Source: an uncultured Nitrospiraceae bacterium
Lineage (GTDB): Bacteria; Nitrospirota; Thermodesulfovibrionia; Thermodesulfovibrionales; SM23-35
Length of the DNA: 64,000 nt
Assembly: GCA_963727775.1 (NCBI GenBank)
Contig: CAVSHB010000001.1
Span: forward strand, 160,001 to 224,000
Direction of reading: 5' to 3'
Shown: positions 43,158-53,262 of the stretch, piece after piece
Layout of the letters: each line of letters starts with the position of its first letter
How positions within the stretch are numbered: position 1 is the first letter of the stretch
The notes under the pieces: model-generated
Seen by the model: the letters and a program-made list of their open reading frames with translations, nothing else
Database searches by the model: none
Told to the model about the DNA's origin: nothing
Program-made: the position numbers and the translations under genes

Positions 43158-43262
43158 AAGGTCATTCTGAGGCATCGGGGTCTGAAGACGACCCAAATTT
43201 ACTTGGGCAAGATCAGCGACACTGAGGCCATCAGGTGGATGGACATTCCGCACGGAAGATAG
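43158..43262 (+). pseudogene. Tyrosine integrase C-terminal fragment
   Basis: KVILRHRGLKTTQIYLGKISDTEAIRWMD*: box II H...TT..Y including the catalytic Tyr; no start codon. Confidence 0.7.
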
Positions 43263-43502
43263 GACTTCGGGATAGCCATTACCCGCCTGGGTCTGCAATG
43301 CTTAAACAAAGATCTGCGACTTGCCTTTTGTACTGTTGTCAAGCGGCTTCCTATCGCCATCCGCATATTTGAGTCGGAATAAAGAGTATTTAGAGAATCC
43401 TCATTTGCGTTGTTTACATAGAAATCTATACATCGAAAAATTCTGTCTCCTGCTGATTATCGCATATAATTGACAAGTCTTCTGAAATTTCCACCATGAT
43501 CT

Positions 43503-43727
43503 TTAGTGAAGCCAGTAAGGTTTGTAGTAGAAATAAGGCTGCTCGGTTTCATATTGATAGTACCACCGAGGATAATACAAGTAGTAAGGGATATAAGGAA
43601 CGCCATATGCCCACGAAGAGAATTTGACTCCATGTCTATCTCCCCAATATTGGAAAGCGAACGATGGGGGGGAATAATGATAGCACCCTCCGAATAATAA
43701 TAGCAAACACACTAATAGTATTTTCAC
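43503..43727 (-). CDS. Small Tyr/Pro-rich putative lipoprotein
   Basis: Signal peptide with FGGC lipobox. Confidence 0.5.
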   Translation of the reverse strand: MKILLVCLLLLFGGCYHYSPPSFAFQYWGDRHGVKFSSWAYGVPYIPYYLYYPRWYYQYETEQPYFYYKPYWLH

Positions 43728-43897
43728 TGTTTTCTCTTATATCTTCAATATATCAAACGCCTTATATAAATACAATGTCAGAAGTGATCATGAGAAAAAG
43801 GCCACATAGGGGAGTATGGGCAGAGGAAAAAGTTAAATGAGGGGGCAATACTTTATTTTTTATTTCCGAATAAAAAAGGGATGCGATGAATCCTTTC

Positions 43898-44785
43898 TTA
43901 TTTACATGTTTTCCCGATTAAAATGGAACTTTTCGAATGTGTAAGGATATTTCTTGAAACACTTCCCATCATCCCTTTAATTCCCCTCAAGCCTCTGCAT
44001 CCAACCGCTATTATGTCTGTTTTCAATTCTTCCGATGTTTCCAATATTTCTGTTGAAGGGTCCCCTTCTTTTGACAGAACATCTATAATATTGAACCTTC
44101 TCCTCAGATCTTCTCGAGCCTGTTCAATAATCTTTTCAGAGTTCGTAATCTCCATAGCTTTAGCTTGATCCACTATCTCTAACATCTTTTCATTTATTTC
44201 CGGAGAAAGAGCAGGTATATCCCAAAAGACAGGCCTCGTTACATTTAAAATTGTTATTCCAGTATTCTCTGGGAAAGGTATTTCAGATAATAATTTACCA
44301 GTTGCAATAGAATGGTCAGAGCCATCAGTCGCAAAGAGTATTTTAAGATGTTCCTTATGACACCCAGGAGGTTTAGTAATAAAAACAGGTTTGGATGCGC
44401 TGATAGCCACTGAATTTGTTACACTCCCAATAAAGAATGATTTAATGCCTTTTAACCCTCTTGCACCCATAACAATCAGATCCATATCAGACTCGGCAGT
44501 AACATTGACAATGCATTGTTCAGGAGAACCATCTATAATGGCAGTGCTGATTTTTGCCTTCACGTCTTTTAGAATGTCCAGTACGGAATCAATAACTTTT
44601 GGTGCAATATCCTCTTTTATGGATTCCAGCGAACTGAAATAAGATTCCTTGTCGTATAAAAAAGGGATCCAATAAACAACATGTAGAACCGTGATTTCAT
44701 CGTCTAAAGATAAATTCAGACATCGTAGAAATTTCGCTGCCAATTCTGAAAATTGAGATCCATCGGTTGCAAGTAATATTTTCAT
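43898..44785 (-). CDS. Tandem universal stress protein
   Basis: Two KIL(L/F)ATDGS domains; MGARG...GSV and VGCRG...GSV. Confidence 0.93.
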   Translation of the reverse strand: MKILLATDGSQFSELAAKFLRCLNLSLDDEITVLHVVYWIPFLYDKESYFSSLESIKEDIAPKVIDSVLDILKDVKAKISTAIIDGSPEQCIVNVTAESDMDLIVMGARGLKGIKSFFIGSVTNSVAISASKPVFITKPPGCHKEHLKILFATDGSDHSIATGKLLSEIPFPENTGITILNVTRPVFWDIPALSPEINEKMLEIVDQAKAMEITNSEKIIEQAREDLRRRFNIIDVLSKEGDPSTEILETSEELKTDIIAVGCRGLRGIKGMMGSVSRNILTHSKSSILIGKTCK

Positions 44786-44997
44786 TTCAAAACATTTTAT
44801 CTATCATGTCAATATATTTCAAGAACTTTGCCTGAACAGAACTTTGAAAATTATATATAAGTTAGACAAGGATTTCGCCCTAATGGTGTGTATTTACAAT
44901 TATAACGAACACTTAATTATCATAATCTAAGATGTTTGTTAGATGAAGGAGGTATCGGCGTCTTAGAGGCTGCCCGGCATGAGTGTTTCTAAGTGAC

Positions 44998-45624
44998 TTA
45001 AATACTGCTAACCATGCTCACTTGCTCCTTTAGTACCTTACCAACAAAACTTTTTGATAGTCTCGTTTTCTTTGCGATACCCCGGATTGATAGTAAAGGG
45101 TCCTGCGTATGTAATTGTATCGCTTTTTCAATATCTATCGTAGCAATAGGCTTTCTGCCGAGCCTTTTACCTTTCCGGCGAGCATTCTCAATGCCAGCCT
45201 TTACCCTTTCCCGGATAAGTTCCCGTTCAAATTCAGCCTTGGACCCGATAATGTGAAACATAAGCCTTCCCTGGGGCGTTGTTAAGTCTAAACTGTCTTG
45301 ATACGATATAAATCCTATCCCAAGGCTCGAAAGCTCCTCAAGGGCCATTACAAGCTGTTTCAGGCTCCTTCCGAATCGGTCCAGCTTCCATACTATTAGA
45401 AGATCAACCTGCCTTTTCCTTGCGGCCTCAAGGAGTCGATCAAGCTGAGGCCTCCGTTCCTTAGTGCCAGAGATACCGTTATCAACGTATTCTCCAGCTA
45501 TGGTGAAACCTCTCCTTTGGCAATACTCCCGAAGAGGAACAACCTGAAGCTCAGGATCTTGACCTTTATCGTGGGTGGAACAACGGGCATATATTGCAGC
45601 TCTGACTTCCTTCTTCATTTTCAT
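44998..45624 (-). CDS. Small serine recombinase (resolvase/invertase family)
   Basis: IYARCST (catalytic Ser), KLDRFGRS, EFERELIRERV and a C-terminal HTH. Confidence 0.93.
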   Translation of the reverse strand: MKMKKEVRAAIYARCSTHDKGQDPELQVVPLREYCQRRGFTIAGEYVDNGISGTKERRPQLDRLLEAARKRQVDLLIVWKLDRFGRSLKQLVMALEELSSLGIGFISYQDSLDLTTPQGRLMFHIIGSKAEFERELIRERVKAGIENARRKGKRLGRKPIATIDIEKAIQLHTQDPLLSIRGIAKKTRLSKSFVGKVLKEQVSMVSSI

Positions 45625-45719
45625 TCTCCTTTCCCTTTTTCATTCTTTTGTGATATACTAACAGTATATACAATTAAGATACACTATAAGGATTTACTTG
45701 TCAAGGGGGTTCCTGTATA

Positions 45720-45911
45720 ATGAGAACTGTGAAAGCGGATCAGCTTAGAAAACTATTAAAGAAGAAAGAGAAGATGATTACTCTTCGCATGAACCCTGAA
45801 TTGCTCAGACTCCTCGATGAAGCTTTGGAGAAGGATAAAGAGCACGAGAGCCGGAATGAACTGATTGAAACGCTGATCCTTAAATACCTGGAAACGAAGG
45901 GGAAGCTCTGA
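45720..45911 (+). CDS. Ribbon-helix-helix (CopG/Arc-like) protein
   Basis: ITLRMNPELLRLLD...SRNELI; divergent from the recombinase. Confidence 0.7.
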   Translation: MRTVKADQLRKLLKKKEKMITLRMNPELLRLLDEALEKDKEHESRNELIETLILKYLETKGKL

Positions 45912-46093
45912 TCCCTCGTTTATTCCGGAGTACACCTACTCAACACCCAAGACATCTCGCAGATTGTGAGGATTACCGGTACAAACATCGATTCGCCCCA
46001 TATCCCTGTCCCCTCTCTTATTTCATCAAATCAGCACGACATCAGAATACAATGGGTCGCCAGAACCCTGATACTATATGCGCATGGTTACGA

Positions 46094-47719
46094 CTATGCG
46101 CTGTCTTTCCCACTGAGCCCAACAGTAATAATTGGTTTCTTCGGGTCATTAGAGTAAATACCCATCAGTGCACTCTTACTGCCCTCTGATATTGGACTCA
46201 ATGTGACAGTAATCGCACACGAACTGCCTTTTGCTACGGTCGAACCGGTGTTGGACTGAGAAAACTCCGTCGCATTCGTGCCTGTAATTGTTATCGCATT
46301 TATAATGAGGTCTGATATGCCTGTATCCCTAATAGTTATTACTTTAGGAGCGGATGTGTGTCCAAGTGCCACAGAACCAACGTTAACTGATGTAGTAGAA
46401 ACGGTAATCGTCGGAGGCGGGTCCTGCCCTAAGAGTTGCACGTTAATAGCTGGTTTCTTAGGGTCAGTGGATAAAATACTCATGATCGCAGTTTTATTAC
46501 CAAAAAGAGACGTTGGATTAAAAGTCACCGAGATAGTACATGAGCCACCTGGAGAGATTACGGGGCAGGAGTTTGTTTCACTGAAGTCATTTGGATCTGC
46601 ACCTGCGATACTTATCGAATCTATTACAAGACTGCCTTTGCCCGTATTCTTGACAGTTACTGTTTTCGGAGCAGACGTGCTTCCCGCTTTCAGTGAACCG
46701 AAGTTAAGCGATGTCGGGTTTATAGAGATTTCGGGGATACCTACCTGAACTGCTGTAAAAGTTGCGTTGACGGTCAAATCCCCATCCAATATTATCATGC
46801 CGTACCCTCCCACAGCCGCAAAGACACCCTGGTTTGTGTCATACGCTACAGCCTCAAGGTCATAGCTGTTGTCAAAGCTATAAAGAGGTGGATCCCAGTT
46901 CATTCCGTCAGGTGAGGTGAGAATGGTTCCGGCATCTCCTACAGCGACAAAATAACCGTTGGCATACACGATACCCCTCAGCCAGTCGGTTATCCCTGAG
47001 ATTTGCGGAGACCAGTTCACCCCATCGATTGAGCTCAGGATCGTTCCCGATTCCCCCACTGCTATAAAAGTGCCGTTCCCGTATGCTACTGACATAAGGT
47101 GAAGAGAAGTTCCTGAAGTTTCTGGATACCAACTGATTGCATCAGATGAGGTGAGGACTGTGCCATATGCCCCGACGCTAACAAAGGTGCTGTTACCAAA
47201 GGTAGCGCCAAAAAGCCAATTCGCGGTAGGAGACCAATAAGGCCAGAACGGGTCGACCCAGGTCACTCCGTTATCCGATGAGGTAATGATTCCGCCATCA
47301 GCTCCCACAACAACAAATTTGCCGTTGCCATAGGCAACGCCATAGTATTCATTAAAAAGATAGCCCTTTGGGGATTTTCTTAAGGTCCAGGTTACTCCAT
47401 TGTCCCAAGAGGTGAGAATTGTGCCGACGGTTCCTACAGCAACAAAGGTATTATTGCCAAAGCCAGCTCCATAAAGATGGTTCGTATGTCCGGGTGTTTG
47501 CGAAGTCCAGACAACGCCGTCTGGCGATGTTACGATAGTGCCGAAGGCTCCCACGGTGACAAAGGTTCCATTGCCATAGGTCATTCCATAAAACCAGTTA
47601 TCGCTTGGCAAAGTAACTGCTACCCAATTGTCGAGCGGGTTTGCACGCGAAGAATGAGGAAAGAAAATCAAAAAAAAGATAACCGAAAAGATACAGATAT
47701 ATAATCTGCCAACTTTCAT
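46094..47719 (-). CDS. Secreted beta-propeller repeat protein with two Ig-like (choice-of-anchor D-like) domains
   Basis: Signal peptide; about seven YGNGxFVxVG..GTILTS.DG..W repeats; two C-terminal T(V/I)x(N/D)TG...ITI.G...F..SN Ig-like repeats. Confidence 0.8.
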   Translation of the reverse strand: MKVGRLYICIFSVIFFLIFFPHSSRANPLDNWVAVTLPSDNWFYGMTYGNGTFVTVGAFGTIVTSPDGVVWTSQTPGHTNHLYGAGFGNNTFVAVGTVGTILTSWDNGVTWTLRKSPKGYLFNEYYGVAYGNGKFVVVGADGGIITSSDNGVTWVDPFWPYWSPTANWLFGATFGNSTFVSVGAYGTVLTSSDAISWYPETSGTSLHLMSVAYGNGTFIAVGESGTILSSIDGVNWSPQISGITDWLRGIVYANGYFVAVGDAGTILTSPDGMNWDPPLYSFDNSYDLEAVAYDTNQGVFAAVGGYGMIILDGDLTVNATFTAVQVGIPEISINPTSLNFGSLKAGSTSAPKTVTVKNTGKGSLVIDSISIAGADPNDFSETNSCPVISPGGSCTISVTFNPTSLFGNKTAIMSILSTDPKKPAINVQLLGQDPPPTITVSTTSVNVGSVALGHTSAPKVITIRDTGISDLIINAITITGTNATEFSQSNTGSTVAKGSSCAITVTLSPISEGSKSALMGIYSNDPKKPIITVGLSGKDSA

Positions 47720-47897
47720 GTGTCCCCTTGAGACTACAAATTCGTGAAAAGGCAATTTTTATTCCGGGGTTCTCATCGTTTTTTGATTTGAACCAGTCTC
47801 CACCTATTGTTAAACCCCGTGTGCAGACTCGGGCAGGGAGACCGTGTTATATGGAAGTGACCTCGTCATCTGCTTGCTATTAGTATGGTGGGAAAAT

Positions 47898-47936
47898 ATG
47901 AAGAAGTGGTGAAGACAATATGAAAAGAGTATGAAG
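47898..47936. promoter_or_regulatory. Four hexamers with 11-bp period (possible OmpR/PhoB-family operator)
   Basis: ATGAAG, GTGAAG, ATGAAA and ATGAAG at 47898, 47909, 47920 and 47931. Confidence 0.4.
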
Positions 47937-48213
47937 CGATTAAATGTTGAACATACCTAATAAATGTGAATAACTTTCCTTTGTTGATGCTCCGCGATGA
48001 GTGGTTTATTTTCATATATACTTATCACCAGCATAGAGGAGTAGAACAGTTTTCTTCAGGAAAAACTTAACGGGAGATAAAGCTTCTCAGAACAATTTTT
48101 TCTATGTGAACTATAGCTCTCTAATTAGAATCCATGAGGTGTTGATAACAGGAAGAATTGAGTTAAGTCCATCAGTACAGATCTTATTGGTTTGGAGGCA
48201 AAGAAAGTGTGTT

Positions 48214-48924
48214 CTAAACTTTACGTATACGGCGTAACATTGCCTTGACTGTTTCAATTAATTTTGCCGGTGAGGTTTCTGTTTTTAGAAGAAACTCATC
48301 TGCACCACCACTAATAAGTTTATCTATTGTATCCTGTGTGACACTCGAAGAAAACACTAATACCGGTATATTAATCCATTTGGGTGACGCCTTTAACATT
48401 GAGAGCACTTTAAATCCATCCATGTTACCCATGTATAAATCAAGGATTATCAAATTCGGTCTATGTTCACTAACCATTTTAATCCCTTCCATCCCATCCT
48501 TCGCTTCAATAACAAAAAACCCTTCTTCAAGCAGATTGATCCTGTTCATTTTCCGAGACATATCATGATCGTCGATTAACAGAATTTTATTTTCTCTATC
48601 TGCCTTATAATCAAGCGTTATGCTCTCTATTATTTCTTTAATGATTGTCCTTTGACTATCACTCACATCAATAAACTCCATCCCTAATCCAATTCCCGGC
48701 TGAAAATGTCTGATTTGTGCCTTAAGCGTTACCTTCTTATTTCTAAAAGGAATCGTAATTTCAAAAAAACTATTTTCTGTAAATATGTTCCCTGCAGAGA
48801 GATAGAGACCACCCTCACTAATATCAATACATTGAAAATCCTTCTTGACGTCCACTAAAAGTTTCCCCCTGATGGGAATTCTCTGTTGATTTCTTCGTTC
48901 TTGTTTCTCTTCGGCATCCATCAT
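48214..48924 (-). CDS. PilZ + receiver domain protein
   Basis: RRNQQR (RxxxR) and DISEGG (DxSxxG); receiver domain with LIDD and ILDLYM. Confidence 0.88.
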   Translation of the reverse strand: MMDAEEKQERRNQQRIPIRGKLLVDVKKDFQCIDISEGGLYLSAGNIFTENSFFEITIPFRNKKVTLKAQIRHFQPGIGLGMEFIDVSDSQRTIIKEIIESITLDYKADRENKILLIDDHDMSRKMNRINLLEEGFFVIEAKDGMEGIKMVSEHRPNLIILDLYMGNMDGFKVLSMLKASPKWINIPVLVFSSSVTQDTIDKLISGGADEFLLKTETSPAKLIETVKAMLRRIRKV

Positions 48925-49065
48925 GACCCTTATTCCTTGACAGAAGTTTCTATCTGAAAATTTCTTGACCCATCAATAGAAAATTATGCCTGTCTATTTC
49001 CAATTGTACCATACATACTCGTAACAATATCTGTGACCGGTTATTCCAAGTTATCGTTAAAAACT

Positions 49066-49446
49066 CTATTCAGACTGATCTTTAATGAGACTATCGGTGT
49101 ATTTTTTAAGTTGCTTTATTACCTCGTCATAAGACATAGCCTCTATCTCGACCAAGGCTTCTCCAAAATACATATAAGAATCACTCTGTTCTTTTAAGAG
49201 TTCGTCCACTTTTTCCTTCGTTAAGTACTTCTCTCTAATTGCAATCTCTCCAAATTTTTCATGGGTTTCTTCCTGTACGACCAATATCCTGAGGATATTA
49301 TCATCTGTTAGCCACCCTTTATTCTTAGCGCGTTCTCCAATCATTCGGTTATTTTTTCTCTGAAGGAATCGCGCACTAATAACTACATCGGTTGTTATTA
49401 GACCTCTTTCCACAAGATATCTGCCGAAACGTGAACGTTTATTCAT
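49066..49446 (-). CDS. Standalone MshEN-like repeat protein
   Basis: RFGRYLVERGLIT...Q followed by three degenerate xGE repeats. Confidence 0.6.
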   Translation of the reverse strand: MNKRSRFGRYLVERGLITTDVVISARFLQRKNNRMIGERAKNKGWLTDDNILRILVVQEETHEKFGEIAIREKYLTKEKVDELLKEQSDSYMYFGEALVEIEAMSYDEVIKQLKKYTDSLIKDQSE

Positions 49447-49569
49447 AATTCATAATATCCGGTGAATATCGATTGAAATCTACACCATTATAGCAAGGTT
49501 TAATCATGTCTGCTACAGGAAGTTATTGAGAAGGGAACGGTAAAAGAGAGAGCCTGTCCTAAATAAATA

Positions 49570-49602
49570 GACGCGCCTCTACTTATTGGCAGAGGCACGT
49601 CA
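49570..49602 (-). terminator. Hairpin downstream of the HU gene
   Basis: GACGCGCCTCT...AGAGGCACGTC stem. Confidence 0.45.
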
Positions 49603-49617
49603 TTGAATTCTAATAAA

Positions 49618-49887
49618 TTATTTTACCGCGTCCTTTAAAGCCTTACCAGCTGTGAATTTAGGCGCCTTCCGGGCAGCAATCTTAATTATTGCTCCTGTTT
49701 GAGGATTACGCCCCTTCCGTGCCTTCCTCTTTGAAATCGAGAAAGTTCCGAAGCCCACAAGAGCTACTTTGTTACCTTTCTTCAGTGTCTTAACTGCATC
49801 AATAAATGATTTAAGAGCCTTTTCTGCTACTGCCTTTGACGCCCCTGAGTCGTTAGCCATCTTTTCTACAAGTTCTACTTTTGTCAT
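49618..49887 (-). CDS. hup: HU-family DNA-binding protein
   Basis: MTKVELV...GFGTF...RKGRNPQTG...[12 protein letters not shown] at 49887 after GGAGGG. Confidence 0.93.
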   Translation of the reverse strand: MTKVELVEKMANDSGASKAVAEKALKSFIDAVKTLKKGNKVALVGFGTFSISKRKARKGRNPQTGAIIKIAARKAPKFTAGKALKDAVK

Positions 49888-50102
49888 AGAGCCCTCCATT
49901 AATATTGTTGTTAGAAAGTATATCATGCCTCCATCGAAAAATAGCTATCATACCATCTCAAAACTTATAAATTCCCCGTTCACTACTTCATCAAGGCCGC
50001 ACTCTTGGTAGTTTTCATGGGTTTTGGACTGTGCTTACAAACAATAGCGTTGAGGGTTTATAAATATTGCATAGCTACTTAAAGCGGAGAGGTTAAATGA
50101 AC

Positions 50103-50993
50103 TCAGGATAATAGCATAAGTTGAGATCCCTGTTTATTTCTCTTACGCTCATACATTGATTTGTCCCCCTGCGCCAATAGTTCATCAAGAGAACAAGGGT
50201 TAGCTGGATCAAAGAAAGCTAACCCAGCACTTATCGAAAGCTGGTAGTTACGATTACTTTGTAAGTTATGAATTTTAATAGCGTCATGTAATCGTTCAAT
50301 GATTTTCTCTATATCGTCATTGGCATTTCCACCAGGTATAACCACAAATTCATCCCCGCCAATACGAGCAATGACATCTGATTGTCGATAATTATTTTTT
50401 AGAATATTGGCAATAGCAAACAATGCTATATCTCCTGCTTGGTGCCCCCAAGTGTCATTAATGCCTTTGAGATTATCCAGATCTGCATAAAGCATGTATA
50501 TTCCGCTTGGTTGACGTTTGGCTATTTTTAACTGATATTCACCCAAAGTAAAAAATCCCCGTCGGTTATATAACCCAGTAAGTTCATCGGTCAGTAACAA
50601 TGAATGCATCTTCTCATGGCTTTTAGCATACTCTATTCTTGCGGTAAGTTCTTTTAAGGTAAAGGGTTTTTTTATAAAGTCCGATGCCCCGGATTTTATG
50701 GCATCGCCATAGGAAAAATCATTAATAAGATCAGTCATAATAATAACTGCCATATTAGGTTTTAGTCCTTTCACCTTTTCTGTAAGTTTGAAGCCACCCA
50801 TATCAGGCAAAACAATGTCAGTTATCATGACATCAAATGACGTTTTATAGATCAATTCCATAGCTAAGGCAGCATTTGTTGCAGTTTCGCAATGATACCC
50901 TTTTAAAGAAAGCTCACTCTTTAATGTACAAATCAGGGTTAGATCGTCATCAACGATTAGTATCGGTATCTTTGCATCAATTGAATTATTCAT
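50103..50993 (-). CDS. REC-GGDEF diguanylate cyclase
   Basis: Receiver domain; DELTGLYNRR; intact GGDEF with RQSD I-site. Confidence 0.93.
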   Translation of the reverse strand: MNNSIDAKIPILIVDDDLTLICTLKSELSLKGYHCETATNAALAMELIYKTSFDVMITDIVLPDMGGFKLTEKVKGLKPNMAVIIMTDLINDFSYGDAIKSGASDFIKKPFTLKELTARIEYAKSHEKMHSLLLTDELTGLYNRRGFFTLGEYQLKIAKRQPSGIYMLYADLDNLKGINDTWGHQAGDIALFAIANILKNNYRQSDVIARIGGDEFVVIPGGNANDDIEKIIERLHDAIKIHNLQSNRNYQLSISAGLAFFDPANPCSLDELLAQGDKSMYERKRNKQGSQLMLLS

Positions 50994-51358
50994 TTCCGCA
51001 CCATTAAAGACTTTTTACTGCGGATAGATTTACTCAATCATATCAAATCTATTTTTGGGAAGTAAAGATAATATGGTTATAAAAAATTCTTTTTTACAGG
51101 TGAAATGATCGCTTATTTGATATAGCCTTTTTCATATTTGCAGAATTATGGCGAATGTGAGGTGTGCGGAGTTCAGGAAGCTTGCGCATAGGTTCATCTC
51201 TTTTCGTATTGCGTCGTTCGCCCCGCAGTATTCACCGCATTTTCGTTTGGCCCACCTGCTACCAATACACAATATGCTCACCGGCTCGCCTTGTCATGTA
51301 CGGCGGAAAGATTTGTTAGCCGTGTCAAGGCTGACGATGGTCACATCAAATTACAAAG

Positions 51359-51745
51359 CTATCGGGAAAGCAGCCATTCCTCGCCTTCCGAGATACTCTT
51401 GAAAACCCCAACCTTTTGCTTCAAATGATTCTGAGCCAAATCTGAATAGATCTGATACATACGCATCATACCAAAGGCAAAATCCCCGCTAACGATGTGC
51501 GCGAGTCGTGCAGTCTTTCTTTCGGGATATTGTTTTCGGATTTGGATAATACGTTGCAAATAGCTGGCATCGATTTTCTCAAAATCCATAGCACGTAAAT
51601 CCCACAAAGCATCTATGTCAGGAGCATATTGTGTTGATCGCGTAATCTCCTCCATCGCGGTTTGAAACTCTTCTACTGTGAAAGTGTCTCCCACCGTCAC
51701 AATGAGAATTTTCTTCTTCCGGTCAAAACGGATATCAAACGACAT
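51359..51745 (-). CDS. Hypothetical protein (STAS/SpoIIAA-like)
   Basis: LWDLR...FGMMRMY...F.....EWL pattern. Confidence 0.65.
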   Translation of the reverse strand: MSFDIRFDRKKKILIVTVGDTFTVEEFQTAMEEITRSTQYAPDIDALWDLRAMDFEKIDASYLQRIIQIRKQYPERKTARLAHIVSGDFAFGMMRMYQIYSDLAQNHLKQKVGVFKSISEGEEWLLSR

Positions 51746-51957
51746 TATTTCTTCCTTTACTGTGTGCCCAACATTTATTTTTAAATCGATTCCCCATTAG
51801 CTTAAAACATTATTACTTCTCAGGTAGGTAGATTGTCAATGAATTTTACTGATTTGTCAGTTACGAATTAAAAGTGAACCGTTATAATCGAATTTACGAA
51901 TTAAAAGTGAACACCTGAGAAAGTGTAATATGAGCATCAAAAAAGGAGGCTCGTATT

Positions 51958-53214
51958 TTGACACAGTTACACAGGAAGTTCACCGATGAACAAGTCAAGG
52001 AACTGATCGAGAAATATCTAAGGGAAGAGGTAGGGAGAAAATATCTCCAAGAGATTCTTGGGATTAACAAAACAAGGTTCTTTGCTTTAGTAAAAGCATA
52101 TCGTTATAATCCTTCCGCATTCACGATACAGTATGTACGGAAAGGCAAAACCCGAGCGATACCCGAAGCGGTAGAATTCAATATTTTAAAAGAATTAGTA
52201 ATTGAGAAGAAGTTGATAGAGGACAAAGATGTACCCGTCCGCTCTTACAACTACAGCTATATCAAAGATCGTCTGGAAAGGCAATATAAGCAGACGGTGG
52301 CTCTATCTACGATCATTGACAGAGCCAAGAAGAACGACTTTTATCTGAGGAAGCCAAAAAGAACCGTTCATGACCGGGAAGTATTGACCAACTATGCCGG
52401 GGAATTGATCCAGCATGATTCCTCCTATCACCTTTGGGCACCGAACGCGCAAGAGAAATGGTATTTGATCACTTCTCTGGATGATTACAGCCGTTATATC
52501 CTCTACGCAAAATTGCTGAAGAAGGAAACCTCGTGGGCACATATCCTCGCTCTGGAAAGCCTGATCCTTACACACGGCTTACCCTTCTCCTATTATGTTG
52601 ATTCACACTCTATCTTCCGGTTTGTGCAGGGCAGAGACTCTTTCTGGCGCAAGCATCATAAGATAACTGATGAAGCAGACCCTCAATGGAAGCAGGTTCT
52701 ATATGACTGCAACGTAAAAATCATCTATGCATTATCTCTCCAAGCAAAAGGGAAGATTGAACGGCCTTATCAATGGCTCCAAGATAGACTTGTCAGAACA
52801 TGTGTCAGAGAAGATGTGGCTGATATAAGTCGAGCGCAAACTATACTCAATCAGGAAATCCACAGATATAATTACCGTCAGGTACATTCCACAATTCAGG
52901 AAGTCCCATATTTCAGATTCCAAAAAGCATTAAAAGAAGGTACGTCCCTTTTTAGACGGTTCAAAGTTATCCCTCCCTATCAATCCCCCAAAGATATATT
53001 TTGTCTAAGGCTTAACAGAACTGTTGATTCTCACCGTAGAATATCCATCAATAACCTGGTCCTGAAAATTAATCATGTTACCCCAGGTGAAAAGGTGAAT
53101 ATCCGCATTTATCCCATGAACAAGATTCTCTCTGAAGTCAGATTCTGGTGCAACGGCCACCTCGTTGACGTCCAACGAGCTAAAAATAAGGATTTGAATT
53201 TGCCGATATGGTAA
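51958..53214 (+). CDS. DDE transposase (IS1202/ISNCY type)
   Basis: GELIQHDSSYHLW, LDDYS, YVDSHSIF and QAKGKIER...QDRL motifs. Confidence 0.9.
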   Translation: MTQLHRKFTDEQVKELIEKYLREEVGRKYLQEILGINKTRFFALVKAYRYNPSAFTIQYVRKGKTRAIPEAVEFNILKELVIEKKLIEDKDVPVRSYNYSYIKDRLERQYKQTVALSTIIDRAKKNDFYLRKPKRTVHDREVLTNYAGELIQHDSSYHLWAPNAQEKWYLITSLDDYSRYILYAKLLKKETSWAHILALESLILTHGLPFSYYVDSHSIFRFVQGRDSFWRKHHKITDEADPQWKQVLYDCNVKIIYALSLQAKGKIERPYQWLQDRLVRTCVREDVADISRAQTILNQEIHRYNYRQVHSTIQEVPYFRFQKALKEGTSLFRRFKVIPPYQSPKDIFCLRLNRTVDSHRRISINNLVLKINHVTPGEKVNIRIYPMNKILSEVRFWCNGHLVDVQRAKNKDLNLPIW

Positions 53215-53219
53215 AGCAA

Positions 53220-53262
53220 AAATGAACGAAGTGAAAAACGCACTCTTTCACTTCGTTCATTT
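53220..53262 (+). terminator. Hairpin after the transposase
   Basis: AAATGAACGAAGTGAAA...TTTCACTTCGTTCATTT, a 17-bp inverted repeat. Confidence 0.55.

Noticed and set aside
42993..43298. 101-aa minus-strand ORF
   Set aside because: Shadow of the plus-strand integrase fragment.
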